Source: Eledone cirrhosa (lineage: Eukaryota). Taken from it: a DNA stretch of 64,000 bases. Numbering within the stretch: position 1 is the stretch's first letter; the number at the start of each line of letters is the position of its first letter. The DNA lies in the NCBI GenBank assembly GCA_964016885.1, contig OZ024742.1, forward strand, positions 274,536,001 through 274,600,000, written 5' to 3'. Below the pieces are notes generated by a model. The model worked only from the letters and a program-made list of their open reading frames with translations, ran no database searches and was not told where the DNA came from. This document shows, piece by piece, positions 50,119 through 63,885 of the stretch. Position numbers and translations under genes: made by a program.

Positions 50119-53100
50119 CTAGCAGAGGCACCCAGTGTTGCACGGGAATGACATTGTTCCTTATCTATTAGGGAAAGAAAGCAAAATATGTCGTATAGAA
50201 ATTTGTTATTCTAAATTCAATTTATTCTTCAACTGTGAAATCAATTCTGAATTAATAATAGAGAAAAAATAATAATAATAAAATAAAACGAAAATACAAT
50301 GTTTATCACTTTTATGGAGGGAGATAGATCCTATCACATATGTTGAGGGAAATTACATAAGAGCTTCTGGGTAAACAACATTCTCTGTTTTATGATTTGA
50401 GCATAGAGGAATATGTCTTGTAAACCTTGAGCAACCAACATAAAGTTGACCATGAGAAAAGCATGGCTCAATTAAATGCAAGCCAGTAGATTTCAAAGTC
50501 TGACCTTGAGCTTTATTAATAGACATTGCGAAGCAAAGTCGCACTGGGATTTGTGTTCGTTTGAACTCAAACGGCATGCCTGTTGGTTTCATTGGAATTC
50601 TTGGAATGAAAACATCATCCCCAGATCCCACGCAGTGATGATGGTAGCTTCTATCACATTAGGTAATAATGACTTCATAATCAACCTTGTCCCATTGCAT
50701 AATTTAGGAGGATCTAAATTTCTTAGAAGTATTTTTGGGACTCCTGCCTTCAGAAAAGTTTTACGTGGAAGAGTTCCACGTAGCTCAAGAGAATAAAGGA
50801 ACTCTGTTAGCTAGTGGACAGCTTCATTTTCATCAAGGACTGAATCAACTAAGTTGCACTCCATATTGTCTGCTGGTATGTTATTCCTTAATCATGGTTA
50901 ATCATTGATACTGTCTCATTTATTTTTTAGCAAGAATTGCTCTTTCATACAACTATTTATGTGAATTATAATTATTACTTAAGCCTGGAAATACCCTGTC
51001 TTCAATTCAGCTGGGGAATTCACCATGATAGCAATATGAGCCAAATTGATATCACCATTCCCATCAATTGGTACTTTCCAATTTCCTAATTGTGAGAGTA
51101 GGGTTGAAAATTGTTCTGCACATTGTTCCCCATGTAATAAAGCTCGCATGTTAGTATTCAATGAGAATTTCTGTACCTTATTCCATAAGTGCAAATACTT
51201 AATGCATGCTTTTATTTCATCATCACTTGTTCCTCTCGGAATGACTAGTAATGTTTGTCTGAAGTCTCCTGATAAAACTGATGTAACTCCTTCCATAGAC
51301 TTTTTGTTGCCTTTTATGTCCTGTAAGGTCTTATCAAGAGCTTCCATTACACCTCTATGTGACATGTTGCATTCATCCCAAATGGTCAGGTGGTATTGGC
51401 GCAACACTTCTGCTGAACCCGAGCCTTTGCCTATGTTACAAATTGGACTGCCATTTGCGACCAGATTTAGCGGTAATTTAAAAGCAGAATGAGCTGTTTG
51501 ACTCCTGGGAGAAGGGTAGCAGCAACTGCAATTCTTTATATGTTAAAAGATTTTTCAGAAAACTGAATATTGATATCTGGGTTTGTCTGTTGAACTGCAT
51601 ATTTTAAGTCCTCGGCCATGTCCTCACGATATTCCATCAAACGGTGTAGAGGACTGCCAAGTTGTCACATGTTCAGCATAATTGCGAGAAGGTTACAGAG
51701 ATTCCTTGTAGAAATAGACACTGATGCATCAGTTAATGCAAGATCCCAATGAACATCATTTTCTAAAAATCAGTTGTTGATAGCATGCTTCCCTATAATT
51801 TGCACAGAAATGACCATTTACTCTCCTCAAATCTTGGAACGATTTGCGACCATGTACTTCATACAAAAGGAGCCGTACGTAATAGCATTCTGCTTGGCTT
51901 GAGTGGACCTGTAAACTCTCGCAAGAGCGTCAGCACCATGTTTCCTCTTGTGCCACTTATTGTTTCACCAGGTGCAATACTTGGGTAATTCTATATAAAG
52001 GAGTTTTCCTGCAACTTCATCTTCGTGACACAACTTAAAATAGGCAGTTAGGGTAGTTTCTTTTGGAGAAGTCTTTGTTGCAAGGATGTTTGTTTTGCAA
52101 AGATAGCCCTTTGGCCATTCTCTAGATGGACACTCAGATGAATGATGGTTGGATGCGTCTCATGAATGGGAAAATTGAAGATGCGCTAAACATCCTCATT
52201 GCTACTGGTGTATCTCCCTCACTCATACTGTGCACCTTCGTCATTTTCATTTATCTGCTGACTACCATTCTGCATAAGAGTGTATGTTGCAGCATATAAA
52301 CGTTTGCATATTTGCAAACATACTTAATAGACTTAACAGCGTTGCGGAATTCTACATTGATATGGGCTTTGAAAGTTTTTGTAAGAAGAGGTCAGTAGGG
52401 TATACTCCGCCGATTGTCAATGATGAATTCTTGCTCATTTCTCTTTTTTTTTTTTTTGAGGGATTTTGAAGGGCATCCATCATGCCCAGGTTTTCTTCTC
52501 CTGTAAAAGGGGGTAGTAACATTCTCCAGTTTAGGGATTGTTGCACAGAGGAACGTGAGTAGTTCTTGGACTTGACAATTTCATGGAGCAAATTATCTTG
52601 TGGTGGATCAAGCAGTTTAGCTGAGATACATAAATCAATATCATTTGGCCGAAGCTTTTCATGTAACCAAATCAAAATGTGAACATGTGGCAATCCTCCT
52701 TTTTGCCATTCAATTGTGTACATGACACAATTGACTGGCCCAAAGACTTCACCTTTTTTCAGGAAATCCATCAGCTTTATAACTTTAAGTCTGAACATCC
52801 TAGCTTTAATATCATGGCGATCTTTGGGTTCTTGATGATTATAAAGCTCACTCTTTATTTCATGCCATGTTGGGTTACATGTGAATGTAATGAAGAGCTC
52901 TGGACGACCATAGTGTCTGAAATATGTAAGTGCATCTTGGGTGTGGTCATTCATATACCATGGACTTCCACTAATACTTGAATTGAAGAATGACACAAAT
53001 CTGTCCAATGTTACCAGCAGCCAATGCTACTTCATTACTGATTGCATCTCTCAGGTGAATATCATCTGATGCACGGAGAGCTTTCTGATGTGTTTTAATG

Positions 53101-54946
53101 TAAAGAAGCCTTTCTCCTTCAATATTTGCATACATATCAACTGCAAATTGCTGGAAGAGCTCATGTGAACTATCAAGAATATTGAAGTCTTGCTCTATTC
53201 ATATGAAAAGGTAATCGTAGAATTCCACGCAGCTTGATATTTTTGTCAGTGCAGGAGCTCTTCTTTTAAGATCTTTTTTTTTAAATACCAAAATGTTATG
53301 CATATTGGCCAAACTACACAGATTAATGGATGCTAGATTCCATCATATGATCGGTGGGTTGCATTCATCCGCTGCATCCTATTTCCTCTTCCTGGAATAA
53401 TAATATCTCTCTTCCCCAAGTCGTCACTTGTAATAATTTCTGCTACTTTGTTTGCGGCAGGGGAATTGGAGCAGCCTTTCAGTTCAGCAACAGACCTTTT
53501 GTCTGCATCAATAACTATCTCGTATTCCGTAGGTGTTGCAGATTCTAATGCATACATAAAGCTTCTGGTCTATTTATTGTTATAATGCAACATATCTCGC
53601 AGATCAAAGATTAACTCTTCCTTCAAATTTGGAACACTCTTTGCAACGACGGTCATTTAGACCGTCGTTGCAAAGAGTGTTCCTTGTAATTTACCACAAA
53701 ATATAGCTGTAGAAACTGAGGATTTTTGCCTTCAGTTGGCAACAAAGATCCAATACGATGGTATAGTTTACATTGCCCTTTAAATATTGCCTTTATGTTC
53801 CCTTCTCAAAGGAGGTCCTTTAGAAAGCATAATTATAAATCCCAATATTTTACAAGAAGTGCATACTCATTCATATGTTTCCCAAATGCAATGCTTTCAA
53901 AGTATCTGAGGGTGTACTAAACGTCTGTAAAACAAGCGTTTCTCCAACACAACACATGCTAGATGTTTCTCTTTCCCATTTCTATCCTTTACAAAATCTG
54001 CACTCTTTTGACATTGCTCCAATATCAATCAATTTCTCTGTAGAATAATCATATTTTAGATCATAGTTTAAAGTTGATCTTTTCCAAGTACCCTTGATAG
54101 GTGCAATTCTTTTGTCAAACCCATTCAGACCGTTTTTCTCTTGCTTCTTTTGACTCATTGAACCTGCGTGGAGAAGCTCTCCTCTGGTTGTTTCCATGTC
54201 TTTGTTTTCGTCGTGTAGGTGTCTCTTGTCTCCTTGCTCTGGTTACCTGTACTCGACTTTGCTTCACTGTAGAATACTGATCATCTCTTCGTGTAGAACA
54301 TTTTTCTCGGAAACAGTTTTGAAAATTAAAATGGGGATTAAAGGTAAAAAAGAGTGAAAGTTACGTGAATATCTTCACAAGAGTGTTTGAAATAAATGGC
54401 GATTGTGGAACGCCGCACGCACACACACACACGCACGCAAACGCGTACACGCAAGCAAACGCACGCACGCACGCATGCACGTACGCACATGTTGATAGTT
54501 TTTACTTTCTGTGGGACGCTGCACGCACACCCACGCACCAACACACACACACGTGCACACATGTTAATAGTTACTGCTTTCCTGCCTCTCTTATATCAGC
54601 ATACATCACACACACACACATGTATCTATGCTGACTCATACACATACACTATCAAACACAGCGTATCTCTCTCTCTCTCTCTCTCTCCCGCTGTCCTCCT
54701 CTTTTTTTAACACTTCCTCTCCTTTAATCTGTCTGTTTCTTTCACTCTATTACTCTCTTTCTAACTCACTCACACACACTATTTACATTTCTCCCTCTAT
54801 CGAAAAACGTTGTGACGAAAGAGGAGATGGAGGAGAAGTAAAGAGCCACTTCCTCACTTTGCCTCTCCGTTTTTTTCCCTCCCTTCTCACTCCATCTTTG
54901 GCATTATGCACATACATCTGCTAATATATATATATAGAGAGAGAGA
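50119..54946 (-). mobile_element. Helitron, decayed autonomous copy
   Basis: 3' end on minus strand CCCGTGCAACACTGGG hairpin, 8 nt, then CTAG|T at 50119; RepHel remnants; putative A|TC 5' end at ~54946 (less certain). Confidence 0.85.
50353..54300 (-). pseudogene. Helitron RepHel (HUH Rep + Pif1-family helicase), many stops, frameshifts and deletions
   Basis: LFITFTCNPTW and YTIEWQKGGLPHVHILIW (52352-53008); IWDECNM and GDFRQTL (50979-51407); QIPVRLCFAMSINKAQGQT and FSHGQLYVGCSR (50353-50631). Confidence 0.92.
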
Positions 54947-54949
54947 TAT

Positions 54950-55254
54950 GTACATTCGTACATACATACATTCGCTTACACACACATGCATAGGTAAACA
55001 CATATATAGATATATACATGCATACATAAATACATACATACATACATACATACATACATACATACATACATACATACATACATTTATACATGCATACACA
55101 TACATACATATATACATATATTCATACATACATACATTTATACATACATACATATACATACATACATACATACATATATTCATACATACATATACATACA
55201 TACATACATACATATACATACATACATACATACATACATACATACATACATACA

Positions 55255-55287
<33 letters not shown>

Positions 55288-55335
55288 TCATACATACATA
55301 TACATACATACATATATACATACATACATACAATC
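54950..55335. repeat. (TACA)n-rich microsatellite
   Basis: Seen directly. Confidence 0.92.
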
Positions 55336-55699
55336 ATGTACACAAGCATACATCCATATGCACAGTTTTGTTGACTTCTTGATTTGTATGTTATTTCATT
55401 TCATTATATAGCAATTTGATTATGTAACTCCCAAAGTAAATCACAAATACGTTTGTCGTCATGAACTTTTCCGATTAATGGCTTAATATCCCATTAATTT
55501 AGGCAGGTGTTTATCAGAGGAAAATCTTAGCAATGCTGTTGGGAATCTTTTATCACTTAATACTGCAATTTTCTCCAGAGATCTAACAGTCAATTACAAA
55601 TAGGAAGAAGTAAAATGTTATTAAATAATGAGATATACACCCTGGAAACACTCAGATGCACACACCTATTCACACACATATAAACATGCCGCCTGTCTC

Positions 55700-55703
<4 letters not shown>

Positions 55704-55785
<82 letters not shown>

Positions 55786-55863
55786 ATATACATGTGTTTG
55801 TGTGTGTGTACATATAAATATATTATATATATTTATTCAATTCAATTTATTATTATATCATAT

Positions 55864-55906
<43 letters not shown>
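55704..55906. repeat. (TA)n/(TG)n microsatellite complex
   Basis: Seen directly. Confidence 0.9.
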
Positions 55907-55907
<1 letters not shown>

Positions 55908-55983
55908 CGAAGGAAATGTGGTAAGGAACCAGGTGGACCATAACGCACCAAAGTACTCAATACTTAGGGTAGTAGAGTGGGTA

Positions 55984-56121
55984 ATAGGAACGAGTAGGAC
56001 CCCGACGGCTGAGTTCAAGCCGTTTCGACGGCTAGTTCTGGACTAAAAAAAATTTTCTTTAGTTCAGAACTAGCCGTCGAAACGGCTTGAGCTCAGCCGT
56101 CGGGGTCCTACTCGTTCCTAT
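55984..56121. repeat. 138-bp spacerless palindrome (69-bp arms, 3 mismatches) in a ~215-bp GC-richer island within (TA)n
   Basis: 55984-56052 is the reverse complement of 56053-56121. Confidence 0.92.
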
Positions 56122-58264
56122 ATATATATATATACACACACAGGTAGGTTTTGAAGTTAATGACTATAGAATAACAAACACCAATACTTTTTGAGTAATG
56201 CCAAAAAGATGTAATTCCTAAACAGTATCACTATCATACACCGGTATCTGCTGATATATCTAACTAGTAGCATACAATGTATATGTGCGTATGTTTGTTT
56301 GTACATAAGTGTGTGTGACTTTATATATGTGTTTCTGATTTGCAAAATACAGTACATAAAATACAACTCGAAGTGCCACAGTGACTTCCATAACATTCAC
56401 TTACGCACACGATTACATATACATGATTACAATTGCAGTCCGCTCACCAAATCTGAGTGAATATCATTTCGCTTGTACTTTGAAATAATCTTCGTAACGA
56501 TCTCTTCAATTCTCATATGTTGTTCTGACAGTATTGTAGCTTCTATATGTACTTTATTCATTAGTTTTTCATTTCGTTTCTTATATTTGTTTTTTAATTA
56601 AAAACCAAACGTTACCATAAATTATCCGGAAGAAATACAGGAATTTATGGAAACACACTTGTAGGCTAATTCTTGTCGAGTTAACAAATGCAAAAAATAT
56701 CCCTAAAGAAACTAAAATATTTTTTTGTTTATAGTCTTCTCATAATTTTTCAAGATAAAATGCCATTTTCTCATATTCTGGTTGCTATTAAATTTCATTT
56801 CGTAAGGACGTTTTCTCAATATGAGATATTCACATTTTCAGGAAATAAATCAGTATCTAGCTTTTCTTCTATAGACAAAACGTATGACTCTGAAGCTGAA
56901 AGAGATCCACATTTAAACACATAAGAGAAGATAGCATTTATCGTCCAATATACATTGTTTCTCTATACAGGTTTTGTCCAAGTCTTGCATTATACTTGGA
57001 AACTAAAATAGCGATAAATACATAAAGAAAACAAAAATAAGAATAAAGGTAGGCAAACAAATAGAGATAAAAGTGAAAAGAAATATCGGAATTGAAGAGA
57101 ATGAAGAGTGGTTTAAAATTATAAGAACATTACCATAACAATGGTCAACAATAGAATTGACCTGTCTGTCCTATAGCTGACCTGTTTTCTTAAATAAAAA
57201 TTCAAATGTCAGATATTTGTGTTTTTATCTTTCGTTTCCTGTTTGTTATTCTCACTGAAAGATTAGTTGACATAATTTACCTTAATTATTGTAAACACTT
57301 AGAAATATTTTTCACGTATATTCAACAATATAGTTGTTACTATTTTGGAGCCTACTTGCGGTGATTTTGATCTTAACCAAGATTGCATTTCAGCCCTATT
57401 AATTGTTACAATAACTGTAGAAATACATTATAAAATCTATTTCAAGCCTTTTCACTGATTCCTATTCGACTTAACCATATATAATGAAGGTAATTAGCCG
57501 ATTGTCCTGGACCAGTATACATCGGGTACCTATCATATTAAACCTGATGATGAGAGATTGTAATAGTTACATTGCACTTCAGCAATCAATTCAACATTAT
57601 CTTCTCTATATTGTTTCCTTTTAAATATCCTGCATTATCTTTCCATTGAAATCCATACATATTGGGTTTTATTTTAATAATCCAAAAAGTGGCTTGGGCG
57701 ATACAAACTAGCTTTAAAAAAAACATATTAATCTGTATCTATACTTCTAACTTAGAAAACGTTACGTCAGAAGCCTAATACTACATCAATATGGACAATT
57801 AGGTCTCTAAATATTAAGGGATATGTTTGTTTTTTTCAATTACTAGGGGTCACAAGATCATGATTTCTGGAAATCAATACAGGATTCTAAACAGTAGCAG
57901 GTATTAATATCATATGAAGCTGTAAATTATTGATGTTTCCATCGGTCACAGAAAATGATTAACCATCAATTTAGCCAGGACTTAAGGTGCGATAATTGGC
58001 TAGATTTGCTGCCATTCTAAGATACAATAAATTCACAAGAAGTTATTCATTGATTGAAAATTTAAAAAGGTGATTTCAAATATCAATTCATGAAAATGTC
58101 ACTCAAGTGTATGTTGTAGAGCAAAAATAAAATTATGGTTGCATATGTCAAGAAAGATATATGAAATAAACGTCCATATGAGCACTTGTACATATATATT
58201 CATCTACATATTAAATTTTAACACACATGCGTATGTATGTATGAATATATACATGTATATATAC

Positions 58265-58266
<2 letters not shown>

Positions 58267-58331
<65 letters not shown>
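58267..58331. repeat. (AAT)n microsatellite at the 3' end of T9
   Basis: Perfect run. Confidence 0.95.
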
Positions 58332-58333
<2 letters not shown>

Positions 58334-58583
58334 TTTCTTTATTAACCACAAGGTTTTACATAAAGTAGACATTAAGGACAGTACAGGACAATACAGCGCG
58401 GTACAAATGGGCATTTCTGCGTGTAAAAAAAACAAGAAACAGAGGATGTAATAATAGAACAATGAAAAAATTCCCCAATAGGGGGGAGACTTCCGAGGGA
58501 CATTCGTTGAGAAAGCCCATTAAAAAGCCACAGTGACCCTGACCACCGGGGCAAGTGCCCTCTCCCAGTTTTCCACCTTTAAT

Positions 58584-61500
58584 TTACAGACACATACTCA
58601 GAGTAGGCCCATTCACTCGGACCATTCTTGCCTCTCTCACCCATCTTTCAACAAAATGCTGGGAAGAGAGCACTTCCCTTTCTACCCTGATTTTCATTTT
58701 CAAATGAAATTTGAAAAAGTTAATCAGGGTATCACCGAAGAGGTAAGTGCTCGTCTTCAGCCCTTTCAAACGTGTCCACCATACCTATATCTTTCGCCAT
58801 GGCCACCAGACAGATAAAAACTGCCTGCCCTTCCCGGCTAAAGGAAGAGGGCGGGGCAATCCTCACGATGGACTCAGCTGATAGCTGGATCCGTCCCACA
58901 TGCGACAGCAGGTGTTCGACATAAACCCACAAGTCAGCAATGCTCGGACACTGGACGAGTGCGCGCAGGACGGTTTCGTCGTCCTGCGCGCATCTCGGAC
59001 ATGCCCGGCTGACGGCACCTCCATGCCTGTAGAGTTTATTCCGAACTGGCAAAGCTCCTCGGTAGCACTGCCAGGCCAGGGATTTCTGGAAGTTGTGCAT
59101 AGGCCCCGGCCCGAAAGTTCTTCCGAAGAGATTGGCTACTTGATTTTCGTCGACGCCTAGAGTTTCCCCAAGTACGTCGTCGCTCTTCCCCTCCACTAAT
59201 CCTCTATAGAACGCCAAGGTGGAGTTTCCACCGATCACATTGCCCGATTGGTCGAGGGCTGTGAGCGCGTGAAGACATTCCAGTCTCCAAGCTCTCCTTC
59301 TCGGTCTTCGCTTGACCCAGGACTGCAGCTCTGTCAAGGAGACGAGCTGGGGAAAGACGTGTCTAGCAAACGGAGACCTCACCTGATCACCGTCGAGGAA
59401 GAGGTGGAGGGGTCGTAGCCTGAGCGCGTGTCTGCGCATCATCGGCCACGGCATTCCCAGCCCTCCACGTAGAGGGTGTTGACAGCAGATGGACCGCTCG
59501 ACCATGGGAGCGCGTCCCTTCCACAAAAAGCGAAAGAGCAAACGCTCCAGCGCAGTCAGGCTGGGCTTAGGACAAGGTACGACGGTCAGGCGGTAGTAGA
59601 TGACGGACGCGATATACGCGTTAGCCACCTCCGCTCGACCTTTCAGGGATAGCTTCCTCTGTACCCATTTCTGGGTGAGAGAAACCACCCTGCTCGTCAC
59701 CTCGTCCCAGTTTTTGTCCGTCTGGAGATCCGGACCGAACCAGATCGCGAGAAATTTAACTGATCCGTTCTTCCAGCGCCCGACGACGCTGTTGGACGGC
59801 ATGGACCTGCCTCTCCAGGTGCCGAGCTGCAGGCCCACTGACCTTTCGTGGTTGATCAATGCTCCTGTCACCACTTCGTATTCTTTTAGTGTAGTGCCGA
59901 TCGCCTCGATGTGTTTGGCGTTTGACACCACTACGGTGACACCGTTCGCATATGCTGACACGGATCTTCCGCATCCTAGTTCGCGCGGGATTCCCCTCAA
60001 CGTCTCCAGACAATACGTATAAGAGGGACGAGAGGGGACATCCTTGGCGGACCGAGCGCATGATGTTTAACGGTTCACTCTCACCACAGAGCAAATGTTG
60101 CTGTGCATGGCAGCGATCCAGCCTCTGAAGACGGGCCCAAAGCCAGCCGCCCTCAGGACTGCCGCTAGGGAACGATGGTCGACGCTGTCGAAAGCTTTCG
60201 ACTGATCTAAACTGATCAAGGACCAACATAGGCCAGGTTTCGTAGCTACCCTCTCTACGATGCATCGCAAGAGGTGGAGGTTGTCGTGGATGGATCAGTC
60301 GGGAATGGCGCATGTCTGCGCCTCTCCCACCATACCACCAACGACAAGCGCCAACCTCTTTGCTAGCACCTTGGCCAAAATCTTGAACTCTGTGTTTAGT
60401 AGAGTTATGGGCTTAAAATTATCTATGTGATCCCCCTTGTTCGGATATTTCTCAGCAGCGCCACAGAGCTGGGAATTCTCCCGTTCTGTTAGTAGCAGTT
60501 GCAGTAGACGTCCGCCAAGAAGCCTCCGAACATGTCTGGCATCTGTACGTAAAGTTCATAGGGCACACCATCCAAACCAGGCGATTTACCCCTTTTGCAG
60601 CTAGTCATTGCGTCCCGTACTTCAGCGTCTGTTATCGGCTTTTCGCAACACTCCGCCTCACTGGCCGAGAGCCGCGGCAGTCCGTCGTGGTAGACACTAA
60701 AGTCCATCCCTCGATCAGGCGCGCCGCTTCCCCCGAACAACTGAGCGAAGTGTCGCTGAAAAGCTTCACACATTTGCCCGGATCGAGTAGCATGCGCCCG
60801 TCGTGGTCCACCAAAGACCGGATCGTGGCTTTGTTGCCACGACGCGCCTCCGCCACTCGGGCCCATTGAACTGCTTTCGTCACCTCGTGTCTGAGAGCAC
60901 GTATCCTAGCTCTGACAACGCAGCCTTCGTGCTTTGCATTGAATAATTGGTCAAGGGCCAATTTCGCCGCAAGTACGTCGGTCGCGATGCCTTTGCTAAG
61001 CGCCTCGTCAAATTTTCTGACTAGTTCTCCCTCTGCTCTATTTTTCTCTATTGCTAAAGCCTTACTAAACCTAATGGACTCTATTCTAATCGCTCTTTTC
61101 AGAGCAAACCACCACTTGTTGTTGACGATGGCCCCGTCAACGCCCGCTTAACTAGTTCGCTAATCCGGTCTCTGTAGGCCTTGTGCGCTGGTAAGGACGG
61201 GTTTAGCTTCCAGTAGCCGGGTCCTCATCTATGAAGCCTATCTAAGTCAAGCACACAGATCACGAATTTGTGGTCCGTGTAGCTGACTATCTTGAATTGT
61301 AAACAGCTTCAGCTAGACCTATCTATTTCCCTACAAAATACTCTATCTAGGTATGATGTGGATGACCCTATGCGATTTGTACAAGTCCATATTGGCACAT
61401 TCTGGAAATCCAATCGGTACCTGTCAAACAGTTCAAAACGCCTGAGCAGATTGGTGAGGCTCTTGCACCCTCCTCCCCTATCCGCTAATCCCACACTGTC

Positions 61501-61869
61501 CCAGCGTGCATCTAATATCCCGTTCCAGTCGCCCACTAACACTAAATAGCGGGACGTTCCAAGAAAGGTCTCCAGACGCCGGAAGAAATCAGGCCGCCCT
61601 GCTCCTGTCGGGTCATAGACGGCCACTAACCTGAAATATTGCCCGTCTCCGTTGGTCACGTCCAGCACCACCAACTTAGGACGGCTGGGAGATGCGTACA
61701 CATCGTAGCCGCCGAAGATCGGTGCCAAGGCCTGTGCTTCGGAGATTCTGGTCTCGCTGATGGCCACTACATCTATGTTTAGTGACCTGAGGTCGTTGAG
61801 CAGGTGGGACTGCTTCCATGACGACCCCAAGCCACGCGCATTTATGCTGCCTATTCTGAGTGAGGTCAT
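58584..61869 (-). pseudogene. T9 ORF2 (APE-RT-ZF), disrupted; RT YADD mutated to YANG
   Basis: ORFs 61309-61869, 60632-60961, 60489-60866, 60067-60270, 58732-60000 and 58584-58769. Confidence 0.93.
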
Positions 61870-61903
61870 GTTGAAATGGAGTGGAAAAAATGGGAAAGAC
61901 CAC

Positions 61904-63885
61904 TTACCTTACTTCTCGTAGGGGAAGGATGGTTTCTCCATCCTTTTCACTGATTCTGGCCTCCTCCGGAAGGATGTCCTTAGAAATCCTCCTGGAGAGT
62001 GCTTGTCGGAAGTCTCCGATGTCTTGGGGAATTTTTCTTTTAGTGTCGTGTACATTTTCTGTGTGATGCGAGTGATTTGTATGTGTGGGGGTGGTGTGAA
62101 CTTTTGGGTTGTTGTGTTGGCTTTTTCTGTGATGCTGGTGTTGTGTTGGATGTAGTGTAATAATTGCTTGTTGTTCAAATTTAATGCTGTGTAGTGTGTA
62201 TCGTTTTGGTTGTTTTGTTTTGTTTCCGTTTGTTGTGGGTATGTTTCTGTTTCGCATTTTGGTGACTTTTGTGGTGTAGGTGATGGTGGTGTTGGGGTTA
62301 ATGATGGTGATGGTGTTGGTGTTTGGGTTGATGGGGTTGGTGATGCTGGTGTGGATGGTGGCATATCTGTCCTAACTTTTTTGTTTGTTAATTTATTTGT
62401 TTCCCTCTGTATTTTGTTTTTGGAGGGGGAAGGAAGAGAATTTTTTCTTTTTTGGTTCTTTTTTTTTATCTGATACCGTTTCCCACTCCTCGTCGTCACA
62501 ATCTGTCTCCAGTTATGATAGGCCGGGGAGTGGAAAATCCTTCACAGGCGTTAGTTTTGGTTGTGGCGTGGTGGATGGTGTAGGCGCTGGTGCTAGTTCT
62601 GAAGCGTTGGGTGGTGGTGGTGTTGGTTTTGCTGGTGGTGGTGGTGTTGGTTTTGCTACTGTTGCTGGGGTTGTTGCTGTTATAGTTGCTGTTGTTGCTG
62701 CTACAGTTGTTGCTGCCATCTCTGCTACTGGTGGTGTTGATGGTTGTGTCACTGGGGTGGGTAGGAGAGGTGTCCTCAACCTTTTAGCCTGAGGGCAGAA
62801 AGCCCTTAGGTGGGTTCCTTCAACACAAACGACACACCTAGGCCTTCTGCCCTCAACAATTACGGTGAGGTGGCTGCCGTCAGTGAGGTCTATTACCTCT
62901 GGGATCTCCTCAATGCTTTTTTGGTCCGCTTGGATCAGGAGCTCCATCCCAGATCCGGACCAGTTCTCCTGCTTTTCTTTTGCTATTGCTATTATTTTTG
63001 TGTTGGCTTCGATGCCGGCGAGGACGGCCGCTATTAGCCAGGGAATTTCGATGGCCGGTGGAACGTGGGTCACCCTTATCTTTACGTGTCTCTGGCCACA
63101 ATAGCTTGGGACGAGTGTGAAGTCGTCACTTCTTAATGGGGCCATGGAGTGTTCTCTAGCCTCCTCTGGTGTTTTAAAGAACACGTCCACGGTTCCATAC
63201 TTCTGCCCACGTCTGATGTGGGTTTTTCTTGCCCACACATGTCCCAAAGCTTTTTGGATTTGGGACTCGGATGCCCGTTCCACTCGGCGCGATTTTACAT
63301 TTATTGTTCGATACGACACAGTGCATAGGCGCCGATACTCCATTTTATTAGGTGGGGCATGAGGCTGACCCTGTACCCATCTTTCTTTACAATTTGTTTG
63401 GCATTTTCTAAATCCTCCTGAGTTACCGTAAATGCTTCGAACTGTTTTGCTACTCTGGCAAAACTGAGGGTGGTTTTATTAATGTCATTGTTGTTGTTGT
63501 TGCGATCGTTAATTTTCTTATTATTAATTTTAGTTTCAGTTGTGGTGGTGGTGACGTCAGTCGTCTTTGGTGGGGAAGAGTCCATTTTGCTTGATTTCAT
63601 TTCGACATCACGAGTTAATTTATTTTTTTCTTCTTTTGTTTCTGTTGTCGCGGTGGTGGTGGGGGTGGTGGTTGTCGCGGTGGTGATGGTGGTGGAGGCT
63701 TTAACACCTGCAGTCATTGGTAATGGCGGGAAATGAATGTCTGCCTGAGTCAAATTTAAAATATTGCTACTGCTTATATTTTTTTTAGTGTTGGCAAACG
63801 TAACATTTACAATGGTGGTGTCGGTGTGAGGTGTTAATTTGTGAGAAAGGCTTTCAGCTGCTTGGTGCAGTGGTGAATTAGCCAT
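61904..63885 (-). pseudogene. T9 ORF1, frameshifted
   Basis: ORFs 63301-63945, 62513-63343 (CVVCVEGTHLRAFC), 61909-62499 and 61904-62257. Confidence 0.88.

Noticed and set aside
54338-56046. ORFs rich in MYVC/HTYI/IYIY repeats
   Set aside because: Translations of microsatellites
56971-57048. 78-nt candidate host exon (TTGTTTCTCTATACAG ... AAG|GTAGGC)
   Set aside because: Stop codons in all three frames and no partner exons
57480-58025. Faint SINE-like remnants and a CTGATGA hammerhead-like word at 57544
   Set aside because: Too decayed to support; no stems or GAAA in the right place
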